Part shown: piece after piece, positions 42,142 through 54,787 of the stretch
Numbering within the stretch: the first letter of the stretch is position 1
How the letters are laid out: each line of letters opens with the position of its first letter
From: Eledone cirrhosa
Lineage: Eukaryota
Length of the DNA: 64,000 nt
Direction: 5' to 3'
Assembly: GCA_964016885.1 (NCBI GenBank)
Contig: OZ024741.1
Location: 176,638,001-176,702,000 of the forward strand
The notes under the pieces: model-generated
Database searches by the model: none
Told to the model about the DNA's origin: nothing
Seen by the model: only the letters and a program-made list of their open reading frames with translations
Made by a program: the position numbers and the translations under genes

Positions 42142-43433
42142 AATATTGTCATTATCGCTAATTATCTGTTGGTTAGAACTAAGAATTCTGCAATTTATTT
42201 TTGCGATATTTTGAGCCATATTCATAGTTGTTGAGTAAGATAGTTTAACTGTGTGTCTATTGAAGATAGAGTACTATTTATGTGTTCTAGGGAAACATTT
42301 ATCTAATGCTTTAAAAAATAATTGTGCTAAGGGTGTTTTAATAGCTAAATATGCTGGTGGGGCATACCAAATTATAGATTTAGTTCTAATTTTTTCCCCC
42401 GATTTATTCACGAAATTGGTATTTTTATTTATATTTATATTATTTTAATTTTTATTTTTACAGTCTGCTTTATTTATATTATTCCTATTATTATGAATAT
42501 TTAGTTTATAATTACAATTATTATTTTCTACATATTCAATATTATTTTTATATCCTGCCTTATGCAACGCTTCATTATAATATCTAGCTTTACTATTAAA
42601 AATGGATTTGTTAGCAGATAATTTAGTTAAACGTTGTTAAACATTATTGAGTATTGCATTTTTAACACATTTAGGATGATTTGAATAAAAACTAACATAA
42701 TTTAGGTTTTCATTGGGTTTATGGAAAGGGAAATATAGGCCTGAGTTTAAATTAAGGGTTACATCTAGGAAGTTAATTACTTTACTGTTACTTTCTACTT
42801 CTAATTTCAGGCCGTAATTTTTAAAGAATTCTATAATTGCTTTCTTTACTCTATTTAGTTCACTATTACTATGTTTAACTACAGTAAATAATATATCATC
42901 TCTATATAAACCACTGGTAATCTCTGGCAGTTTCTATTTATCATATTAAGGATAAAAATTCCCAGAAGATCGGTAATCTGCGCAGAATCGGATGATCCCA
43001 TGGTAATATCGAGACTCTATTAATAATTGCTAATTATGGTAATTTAATTAATAAAAAAAAAGTGAATTATTCTCAAATTGCCTCCAAAAATCTGCAACAA
43101 CATTTCAAGCATCATATAAAATTAGGAAAAAACATTGACTGAGTGAGAAAAGATAATTACTCTTATTAATAATTCTTGTAATGCTTCTATTATTGCTATT
43201 ATTGCTATTATTGATATTGAGTATAATGTCTCTACCTCACCTTAGGAAATGCATACCTGTTCTTTAAAATAGTATGATAATCTCTTGATTAAATACCTTT
43301 AGTTTCTATTTAGGATCCTCTTTTTAAATCCTGTATTTTCTAAATTTGAGATCTGTAATATCATCAGAGTTGTAAACCGTTCAATTTAATTTAAAACGTT
43401 TGATATTGTTTACATTTATCGTGTATAAGTTTC

Positions 43434-44118
43434 GTCACTTATATATTATGAAATACTGTTGGCTTCACGCTCACAACACTTTCTATACTATCATTTATAT
43501 TTATACTCGCAATTATCCTAGAATGCTTAACATTATTTGTGACTAATCCCGGTCTTAAAAAAAAAACCGCGACAATATTGCTATTTTGCTGAACTCCTTA
43601 CACTTGTAGAGTTTTTTTCGGAATGTTTTTTGACTGATGTTTCCTCTAAACAGACATTCGTCTCATTCTGACGTCACCAGCCATGTCTCTCCATGTGCGT
43701 TTATTTTTCATAATTACATACGAGGTGAACTAGCCTGTTTTTAAATTCCCTTTTGGGCATATTCTACAGTTATTTAGGGTTATCGTGTTTGAGCTCTGAT
43801 GATGAACGACTCAAACCGTGACCATCCCCACTGAAAGTTTCGCGAAATACTCTGTTTAAGACTATACAGAACATTTGTAGTTTTTACAAATTGAAGGATG
43901 AGTATTTAAACTTTATTTTATTCTGAGTTAAGGCTCTATTGATTTTTCCCTCGATTTCACAAAATTATATGGATAAATCTATGTGTTGTTTTTTTTGTAA
44001 TTGAGTTTTAACTATTTTCCCACATCTTACGTTAACCATTTTTCCATTTTGACGTTATAGTCACTTATATATTATGAAATACTGTTGGCCTCACGCTCAC
44101 AACAATTTCTATACTTTC

Positions 44119-44126
<8 letters not shown>
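43434..44126 (+). mobile_element. non-coding element with ~67-bp terminal direct repeats and a degenerate HHR (~43790-43872); partial inverted copy at ~51903-52198
   Basis: gtcacttatatattatgaaatactgttggc.. at 43434 and 44060; the 52k copy shows GAAA-tagtctt t aagacta-TA-cagagc. Confidence 0.65.
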
Positions 44127-44175
<49 letters not shown>

Positions 44176-44177
44176 TG

Positions 44178-44676
44178 TATATATAGTGTATATTGCAATA
44201 CACTGTATGCTTAATTAACAGCATTTTGGACACTATACGCTATTGTTTTAAAATAGTGACAATGTCACTTATTTAAATTTTCAGGAAACAGGGGGAAATA
44301 AATTGTCAGTGCTCTGTTTCGTACTTTTTGGTACTTATGGTAATTTATAGTTCACTATCCCTTCTCTCTGCTGAAAATGTTGTGTGTTGGGTTCTTATAG
44401 AATTTTAGTAATAATCATGAACTGATTATACAGAGCGGTCGCCGGTCCAGCAGAAATTGAAAATTAGAATTGGTGCTCTGAAATAGCGATATATATATAT
44501 ATGATTTTATGTATAGTGTATTTTGCAATACCCTGTATACTTAATTAAAAGCATTTTGAAGACCATACGCTAATGTTTTAAAATATTGACAATGTGACTT
44601 ATTTAAATTTTCAGCAAACAGGGGGAGATACATTGACAGAGCTCTGTTTCGTACTTTTTGGTACTCATCAAAGTAC
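44178..44676 (-). mobile_element. two tandem copies of a PLE-like 3' end (~44178-44336, ~44508-44676) with HHR at 44628-44676
   Basis: TTGATGA-gtac caaaaa gtac-GAAA-cagagctctg-TC on the minus strand. Confidence 0.7.
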
Positions 44677-44807
44677 ACACACACACACACGCATATATAT
44701 ATATATATATATATATGGATTTTAGTCTTCAAATTTATTATTATTACTATATATATATATAGATATATATATAGAGAGATATATGTGTGTGTATATATAT
44801 ATATATA

Positions 44808-44875
<68 letters not shown>

Positions 44876-44876
<1 letters not shown>

Positions 44877-47800
44877 CAAAATGAGTTTTTTTTTACAAAA
44901 TAAAAAATAACCGAGGTGTCCTACATGAGTGAAAGTATAAAAAAAAAAAGAGGAAATCGAAAATGCAACTGGAGTCTTATTTAAAAAAATATATATATAT
45001 TTATTTGCTTCCTTTACCGGTTTCGCAGTTCTTCTGCTTTTCAAAAGTAGAATTGAGATGGAGGGTCTGTGGTTTTTCTCACATCTGGTTGGTCTTTGTA
45101 TGTTACTTATTTTATATGGAAAAAAGTGGCTCGAACCGCCAGGTTTTTAGAGAAGTAATTTGATTTATTGGTCAATAATTATAATAAATATGGCGCTAGT
45201 TCGCGTTACAAAGTTCTTCAAACATGGGGGGGGGGGCTCAGGTTGTTTTGTCATATATGAGTGTTTGAATTTCTTTTTACTTAAAAAAAGAAAGAAAAGG
45301 GGGCTCACGAAGGTTTTTTTTAATAAACGTAATTTGATTGGTTATAAATGAAATTATGGCTGTCACGTGAACAAGCTTTCATTACATTTCGCGCCCTTAT
45401 TTGGAAATCTATTCTGTAGCCTTTTTAGAGAATTTTATTACAAGCAAAAGATAATGGTCAAGAGAAATGGGATGGGAGAATTGTTCTGGTTCAGTGAATA
45501 TGGTCAGTTTGCTGGGGTATCAGAATTCAGATTTTCTATTGAAATAAAGAAAGTAAAGATATGTATGTTTATTTGTGTGCTTGTGTGGGTGTGTGTGTGT
45601 ATTGGAAGATGAATCTATTAGTAGAAATGGGGGAGAGTGTTGTGTGTGTGTATGGGTGTTATGTGTGTGGAGGAGTATGGTTAGCATGATAAGAGAATAT
45701 ATATATATATTGTGTGTGTGTGTGTGTAGGAAAATGATTCCTTTAGTAGGAATATTTTTGAATGAACATACTTTCCTTGCTTATTCGTAATTGTTCTGTT
45801 GTATTGTCAGCGCAAACGTATGTTAAGTTTTATTTAGTTCGGGTTTTTATTTTCTAAAGTAGCAGGTGTTATGTGTGTGTGTATGTGTCTGTTTGGATGG
45901 TTGGCATGTTATGGTGTTGACATAATGTATATTAAACCATATTTAATGCTGGTCTAAATGTTTGAATAAACTTATTTTCCTTTATTCGTATTTGTTGTGT
46001 TGTATTGTTAGCGCAAAGGTAAAATGGGAAACTTGGAATTTGGGTGTCTTATTACTTGCGCATATGTCTAGATGTGCGCTTAGTATTATCTGTCTCGTGG
46101 TTGGATCTCGTAATTGTTGGCGATGAACTGTCATTCTGTTTCTGAGTGTGAGTTTAGTTTGTCCTATATAATATTCATTGCATCCTTTACATTTAATGGG
46201 ATAAAGTAGATTTTTTTATGAGCAATTGAAGTGATTTATTTACAGCAAAATTTGGTCCTGATTTAAATGTATACGTGTTGCCTTCAATCAGATGAGAGCA
46301 GGTTCCACAATTAGAGCGACCACATTTTTTGACAGTTGGTTGTGTGTTTGTGGTAGGTAATTTAGCATTGGTGTGTAATGTTTTTAGTGATTTCGGTTGT
46401 CTTTTGCTTTTGATTATTTTGTGTGTTTCAAGGGCTTTTTTCATTCTTGGGTCTTGCTTTAGTAATTGGATGTTCTTGTGACTAGTGTTGTAAGCTTCCT
46501 AATTTCTTGGGTTGTGTGTTGAGATATATGATAGAATATTGTACATACCTTGAATTTGTTTCTGATTTCGTAACTCATCAATGCCTATTGCTTTAGCCCT
46601 TTCTATTCCATTATTTATGAAGAATGAGACAATCATCCAAGTAGCGTTTCCAATTCTCTGATAAATATTTGTGGAAGTTCAATCCGTATTTTGATTTGGA
46701 CTGTTCATATATCTGGACTTCTAAGTATGCCATGACTAAGTTGGCATAAGTTGGAGCGGCTTTTGTACCCATCGTAGTCCCCAATATTTGCTTGTAAGTA
46801 CTGCCATCGAAATCAAAAAAGTTGTTCTGTAAGATGAATTTTAATTCCTCGGTGATGAAGCTTTTTTCTATTCTGCCAGTTATCTCATTGGGATATTTCT
46901 CTAGCCAGAATCCTATTGCTTCTAGTCCGTATTGGTGTGGGATCGTTGTGTAGAGATTCACTACATCGAAAGACACAATAATAGTGTCGTTATTGACATG
47001 TTTGGGGAGGTGGTTTAAGAGGTCCAGATCGTCTCTTACAAGGCTTGGTATGCGTTTGAGAATTGGATTTAGTAGTATTACCATAAAGTTGCTCATTCTG
47101 TGTATTTCACATTGTGGGCCCGCTACAATTGGTCTTAATTTAAGGTCTATGGGGTATTGTCTGTTCACGCAGGCTGAGGTGGATTGTTTACAGGCATCGT
47201 TAATTATTTTACACTTGTGGATCTTCGGAAATCCGTAAAGGTTGCTGGTTTTGCATTCAAAATGTGTTAAATAATCGCGTTCCTTTTTAGTTAAGTCTTC
47301 CATGTATCGACAAATCAGTGTGTTTAATCTGGTCATTGTTTTTGATTGCTGGTAGTTTTTTACTCTTTCAAAGTAATTAGTATCTTGTAAGAGAGAGAAC
47401 ATTGAATTTTTATATTTTTCAGCATCCATAATGACAACAGAACTTCCCTTGTCCGCTTCCTTAATTATAATGTCCGTATTGTTTTTTAGTTCATGGATAA
47501 TCTCCCATTCCCTTCGACTCGTGTTGGGTTTGGGTTTAGGTTACGGTAGTTCATCGTATGGGAAAGTAGCTATGTGGTCACAAAATTTGTCCAGAACTCT
47601 GTTTCTACCTTTGTTGGATTGTAGCTGCTTTTATTCCGTACAATTGATTCGTCGCTATTCTCCTTGTCAAAGAATTCCTCTGTGAGACGTAATTTTCTAC
47701 AGCAGTATGAGATATCGTCATTTATCTTATTGAGGTTAGAGTATTGTGGTGCTGGTGGGAATTACAGTCCTTTGGAGAGAATTTTTACTTGTTGGGATGA

Positions 47801-48852
47801 GAGGTTTGTATTTGAAAGGTTGATTATTTTCAGTTTTTCAAAATCGGTTTCTGCCACCGGGTGACGTGGGTCCTGTAGCCTTGGTTTAAAAATTGATTTT
47901 TCTGGAATGTTTTTTCAATGGTATTATTATATCTAATGGTATTTCCACTGTTGTTTGTGGTCTTGTATAGTAGTTTCAGACGTATTGAGGTTCGGTTTGT
48001 TGATAGTCCGGGTTGTAGATTTTGTTCCTTTGTGTGGATTGGGATCTACGGTTTTGGAAGAGGCTCTGTGTGGGCAGGGGTCTACGGTTTTGGAATAGGT
48101 TTTGTGTGGATTGTGATCTGCGGATCGGGTCCTGACTTGTGTTGGGGATCTTCGGTTTTTGTTAGTAGGGTTATAGTTTTGTCTATGGGTTCTAGGATTA
48201 TGGTTATAGTTTTTCTGGGCGTATGTTGGACGTTGTTTTACTTTTTTTGTTATTTGTTGTGCATGTTTTGTTACTTTTTTTGTAATATGTTGTGCATCTT
48301 GTGTGTGAGTTTTAGTTTATTTTAAAAATGGGTTACCTGTATGTTGTTCATTTTTGAAGTCCATTTCGTAGTTGTTGAACCAGGCGGCGTTTTTTTCCCA
48401 TCGCTGGAGGGATGTTAGTTCTTCATCCTCACAGTTTTCTTTCCAAATTTAAGGAAAACCTGTTCACGTGACAACCATAATTTCATTTATAACCAATCAA
48501 ATTACGTTTATTAAAAAAAGCCTTCGTGAGCCCTTTTTTCTTTTTTTCTAAGTAAAAATAAATTCAAACACTCATATATGACAAAACAACCTGACCCCCA
48601 CCCCCTTGTTTGAAGAACTTTGTAACGCGAACTGGCGCGATATTTATTATAATTATTGACCAACCAATCAAATTACTTCACTAAAATCTTGGCGTTTCGA
48701 GTCACTTTTTTCCATATAAAACAGACCCTCCATCTCAACTCTACTTTTGAAAAGCTGAAGAACGGCAAAACCGGTAGAGGAACCAAATTAATATATATAT
48801 TTAAACAAAAATAAAACTCCAGTTGCATTTTCGATTTCATCTTTTTTTCTTC
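44876..48852 (-). mobile_element. Neptune-like PLE (RT ORF 46611-47429, GIY-YIG ~46010-46444) with terminal inverted arms ~44940-45389 / ~48444-48850
   Basis: LRPIV, SFDVVNLYTTIP, GTTMGTKAAPTYANL, RYLDD, CGRSNCGTC linker, CKGCNEYYIGQT..RNRMTVH; frameshifted; (TA)n flanks. Confidence 0.9.
45008..45052 (-). ncRNA. minimal hammerhead, U3-A8 core variant
   Basis: ctt-TTGAAAA-gcag aagaa ctgc-GAAA-ccgg-TA-aag; copy at 48741-48782 keeps a pairable stem II (gctg/cggc) but has AAAA for GAAA. Confidence 0.65.
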
Positions 48853-48867
48853 ATATATATATATATG

Positions 48868-48978
<111 letters not shown>

Positions 48979-48991
48979 ATATATATATATG

Positions 48992-49029
<38 letters not shown>

Positions 49030-49076
49030 TAATACCAATACTTATATAAAAACCATGCCTTATGTATTTTCTTCAT

Positions 49077-49181
49077 TTCACCGGCTCCGATGAAAAAGAC
49101 TGGTTATAAACAAAGTATTGGAGTTCGATTGGCGCATAATCAGTCATGCCAGAGCAAAGAAACAATCGTCAGCAATGTGAA
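49077..49181 (+). ncRNA. hammerhead, CCGAUGA variant (relative of 18025-18146)
   Basis: gct-CCGATGA..GAAA-caatcg-TC-agc; distal stem I ttcac/gtgaa. Confidence 0.65.
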
Positions 49182-49228
49182 TAAAGCCCTTATTGTATAG
49201 CTAACCATGTCAATCTTCTTTCTTGAAT

Positions 49229-49282
<54 letters not shown>

Positions 49283-49609
49283 TTTGACAAAATGAGTTGT
49301 TTTGATTGGTGGGAAGGGTCATGGCGATGCACTGGCCTGTAGTGTATATGGGGTGGGTGTGATGGTGAGATGTTGGTGACGATGGGTGGATGAGTGAGGC
49401 TGTGGTGTGGTGGTGGTTGATTGTCCTTGGCGTGTAGAGTATTTGGGGCTGGGTGTTATGATATGGCGGTGGTTATGGTTGCTTAGTGGGATGGGCTGTG
49501 GTATGAATTAGTGGGTTGTCAGTAGACGGGTTGGCGTGTGTTTGGGGGTGTGGTATTGGTGCCGCTGTCTATGGTAGTGGCGTTTGTTGTGGTGTGGCGG
49601 ATGTATACG

Positions 49610-49676
<67 letters not shown>

Positions 49677-49680
49677 AGTA

Positions 49681-49803
49681 AGTTTGCTTCGATGAGTCCG
49701 TAGGCGGTATGCCAGTTGAGCACTCTTTTCTCCTTCGGAACAGAGTAGATCCAGGATCGCATTTATCCACAGAAAAGGAACGAAACAGCCGGCAGTCCAG
49801 ACT
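49681..49803 (+). ncRNA. candidate atypical hammerhead
   Basis: agtttg-CTTCGATGA-gtcc...ggaac-GAAA-cagccggcag-TC-cagact. Confidence 0.4.
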
Positions 49804-50136
49804 AGAGGAATTTTGGTAGTGTTTATAAGCATTTTTTTCTTCAAACTTCTACATTATACCTAACTCCGTGTAGTTGATTATTTGTCTTGTCAATTTGTAC
49901 GGGCTCAAAGGAATGACTATGTAAATTTTATCTGGCTGTCCCTCGCGGAAGATAGTATCATTTGCCTATTATTTCTTCATATTTGCCTATTATTTCTTCA
50001 TATTTCGGACTAGGGAGAGGAAATAATGTATATATTTTATCTAATAATTCTTCAAACTTGCAATGTATTATATATATATATATGTGTGTGTGTCAGTGTG
50101 TAAGTCTCTCTCTCTCTCTCTATCTCTCTCTCCCTC

Positions 50137-50226
<90 letters not shown>

Positions 50227-51670
50227 ACTCATTCTTTCTGTCTCTCCCTCTATATATATATGTGTGTGTATAAGTACAGCCTACAAATGCTCAAAGAACA
50301 ATGCACCATACCATGCTCCAAAACAGGTCCCTCTTCAATTCAACACACCTTACTCTTATATTATGAACAATATGTCAATTAACCCGATACGGGAAATAAC
50401 TCTCATTTACAGTCATGTTCACACTACCAGCACCATGAAAATTAGAAATATTGGAATCAAAATTTAAAATGAAATTAATGCTCAACATATATATAAGAAA
50501 ATATGTATCACTAGTAGGAAATCAATCACTAGTAGGAAAACAGTTTGTTGTTTAATCACCATGTCAAAATACGAATAAGTCCCATCTATTATGTTGCTGT
50601 TAACAAAGCATGCAAACTTTAGTTACTACAGATCACTCGCATCAATCTATTATATTCTAACAACCTTAGATACACACAAAAACAGACATAACCATCATAT
50701 ACTTCTATAACAAACACTACTTCTCTGACAAAACTCAGTGAATAACCAATTTGCCTTGCTGAAACATCAAATTTATGTTGTAAGAAGTTGAATAAACAAA
50801 ATTACGCATGTACTCTATTTTTCTTTTATCAAAAATACGTTATGTTTTGTTGTTCACTACAAAAATAAAATAGATATGAATAACAAGTCATCATGATACA
50901 CTATGGCCAGTGGTTTCTAAAACAAATGAAAGAATATATGTATGCAATAGCCTCTACATGTGTCGATGCAAAGCGATATACATATTATTTCCACATCGGA
51001 TGTAACTCAAGTTAAACTGATATTTCATAGATATTAATAAAGTTTGTAAGCGACTAATGGTCATATACATTATTAATTACGACAAAGGCTTTGAAGGTGA
51101 AGCCATTAAAAAATAAATGTACAAATGAACGCAACAGAAATACTTGCAAGAAATACGAATACAATTGTGATTTTATAGACAGAGATTGAACCTGAATATG
51201 AAATACATGACATATTAACAAGAGTTCTGAGATTTAAACAATTGTTTAAATTTTGAAGTATGATATGTAGTTGAGATAGAAGAAGCCAGGTTTAGCTATT
51301 ACATTCATTACTAAATGCATTTGGTCTGCAACGCTTACATCTTGAAATTAACTGATAGTCTTAAAGTTTCAGATAACATGATAAAGCATATTCTCTGAAG
51401 GTGACAAGTTCAGGAAAATCAACATGAATCGAAGTCTTTGGTGACTATCAGATGCACCTATGACACATTTGTGATAAATCAGTAAAGATTGCATAGACGG
51501 AAATGATTTAGTATAAAAGAAGTTTGAAATATATTAATAAGATATGAATTTCTTGAAAAGATATATATTTCCATAATAGAGTCATGGTTGCGTTCCTGTT
51601 GATAACTACCTCTAATCGAGCAAACTAACTAACCTACTAATCATTTGCCACATATTTTATGGTCAAATTA

Positions 51671-51721
<51 letters not shown>

Positions 51722-51855
51722 CATATGTGAATGCATATATAAAAAATATGTATATACATATGATAAGGAAAAGGAATGGCGTGTCACAATAATATCATTA
51801 TATTTATTCACATGTGACACACACACACAAATATATTGAAGGACTAACTTTATTC

Positions 51856-51901
<46 letters not shown>

Positions 51902-52198
51902 AATGAAAGGTATAGAAAACACTGCAGCGAAAAGCCAACAGCACTCCATAATATATAAGTGACTATAGCGTCAAAATGGGAAAAATAGTTAACGTAAGAT
52001 GTGGGAAAAATAATTCAAACTCATCTCAAAGAGAATCAGGATATGAATTCATCCACAGAATTTAGTGAAATCCAGGGAAAAATCAATAGAACCTTAACTC
52101 ATGTTAAAATAAAGTTTAAAATACTCATCCTTCAATTTGGAAAAAACTTCAAATGCTCTGTATAGTCTTAAAGACTATTTCATGAACACTTTCAGTGG

Positions 52199-52257
<59 letters not shown>

Positions 52258-52269
52258 TTATTTATAAAT

Positions 52270-53000
52270 AATGATTGTTTATACTTTTGGCACAAGGCCA
52301 GCAATTGTCCCAGTGTATTACTGGTACTTTATTTTATCGACCCCGTAAGGATGAAAGGCAAAGTTAACCTCGGCGGGATTTGAACTCAGACCAAGAACGA
52401 ACTGTCAAAGTATCATTATATTTCATCCTTACGGGGTCGATAAAATAAAGTACCTGTAATGTACTGGGTAATATCTGGCCTTGTGCCAATAGTAGAAACA
52501 ATTATTAAATTTATTAAGGGTGGTGAATAGGCAGTATCGGTAGAGGGTTGGACGTCATGCTTTCTAGCATAGTTACGTCCATTTATGGTCTGAGTTCAAA
52601 TCCCGTCGAGGTTAACTTTGCCTTTCATCCTTATGGGGTCGATAGAATAAAGTACCAGTAATGTACTGGGTAATTGCTGGCCTTGTTCCAAAAGTACAAC
52701 AATTATTAAATTTATTATTGTGCGGTGGATTGGCAGTATCGGTAGAGGGTTGGACGCTACGCTTTGACGCACAGAGTTACGGCCCTTGCCATTCTGAGTT
52801 CGAATCCCGCCGAGATTAACTTTGCCTTTCATCCTTACGGGGTCGATAAAATAAATACGAGTAATGTACTGGGTAATTGCTGGCCTTGTGCCTAAAATAG
52901 AAACAATTATTAAATTTATTATTCGATAAAATAAAGTACCAGTAATACACTGGGATAATTGCTGGCCTTGTGCCTAAAGTAGAAACAATTATTAAATTTA
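52270..53000. mobile_element. cluster of five SINE family 2 units: 52270-52390(-), then 52422-52505, 52519-52705, 52723-52915 and 52923-53000 (+)
   Basis: Repeated cgataaaataaagtacc..gccttgtgcc..aaacaattattaaatttatt. Confidence 0.88.
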
Positions 53001-53644
53001 TTCATGTGGCCCGACTCTTGAAGAAATACTGCCACACATTTATAAAAGACACGAAAACATGTCTCTTATGAAAGTACGATTCCTGTATGTTTGTGTGTGG
53101 CAGAACATGTGGATTTAATAAAGTGCAAATTGGTTGAGTGTTAATGTTTGATGTCTGGGCCAGTCTTCCAAGCTGATAGAAGATGGGATTTCAGGTGCCG
53201 GCCACCTCTTAATCTAAAGAGAAGCAATTCCCCTAGAGTCATAATATAAATGTATGGCCATTTGTCCGACGCACTAATGGTTCACCCAACCTAAAGCCCT
53301 TTATGATAGCGCGATAATGTATGTTCTATACGATATTTTCTATAATATGAACTAGGTTTTCAAGATATTGGTCATGCTCATAGTTTCTTTGGTAAAAAAT
53401 GATTAACACAAAGCGGCACTTCGGAGCATACACTGAACTAATGGTTTGCGAATCGTATTGATTAACAACATTCAATATATATTTTAGGGGATTCTGTTAA
53501 ACATTAAGGCTTTTTTTATACCACATACACAAACACACACGCTCACAAACACACACACACACATAGACACACACACACATACACACACACAGGCACACAC
53601 ACAGATACACACACACACAGACACACATATACATACACACACAC

Positions 53645-53728
<84 letters not shown>

Positions 53729-54282
53729 TCTAAGTATTATAACATATACAATATGCATGATGAATATGTTTCTCAGTGAAAGAACTCTCAGTGAAAGAAC
53801 GTTTATGCGTCGCAGAAATAATTCAAGGTTTAAAAAAATATATGTAGAACGTCACATATCTTTACAGAAAAATATAGTATTCTGTACGTATATATTTAAA
53901 AAAAAACACATTATATTTAGGAAACACCATATTTTTAAAGGGTGAAAAACGAAAATTGTGTACGGCGCATTTTCTTAGCTCCTGGAACCGGATTGAAAAT
54001 AGATCCAAATATTTCATTATAGATTACCACATGTCAATTTTGGTATAGTTCCGGGAGACGTGGAACTAATCATCAGAGGAAATCGTCTTATTATAAGACA
54101 TAATAAAATACGAAATACCTTTTTATCTGTCATATACAGAGAAATAGTCATTCCAGAGAACACGGGGAAAATTTATATTTTAAAAGTGACGGCAGATATA
54201 AATTGGACTGGGTGTCACGTCCACTTAAAATAGGTGCGATGTACTAGCAGCTGTACACATTTAGAATTGGAAGAGATATATA

Positions 54283-54354
<72 letters not shown>

Positions 54355-54401
54355 AAAGTAGAGAATCAACCGCTAGCTCGGCCGTTTCGGCCAGTTACCT
54401 A

Positions 54402-54523
<122 letters not shown>

Positions 54524-54787
54524 AAGTAATTCCGTCGGAAAATTCCAGGAAAAAAGAGTTCTCTATGTAGGTTACAGAGCTTAATAGTTATGTAATAAAC
54601 GACATAAGGTAATTATTTCATTTACCAGTGGTTTCTTGAAAGCAAAAGAAATTTGCTTTCAGTCATAAGACTGAAAAGATCCTGGTGTAATTATTGACAG
54701 TGGATTTTAAAAACAGGGTGTGGAGAAGGAATAATCTTACTAAGTCACACACATCCGCACTGTTATGAACCCATTGCAACATCAAAA

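Noticed and set aside
41427-42152. 241-aa ORF as an intact gene
   Set aside because: Its N-terminus is the antisense of a TSD-flanked SINE; only ~41427-41950 is PLE linker/GIY-YIG.
52270-53000. CRISPR-like repeat-spacer array
   Set aside because: Units are SINE copies in eukaryotic DNA; no unique spacers or cas genes.
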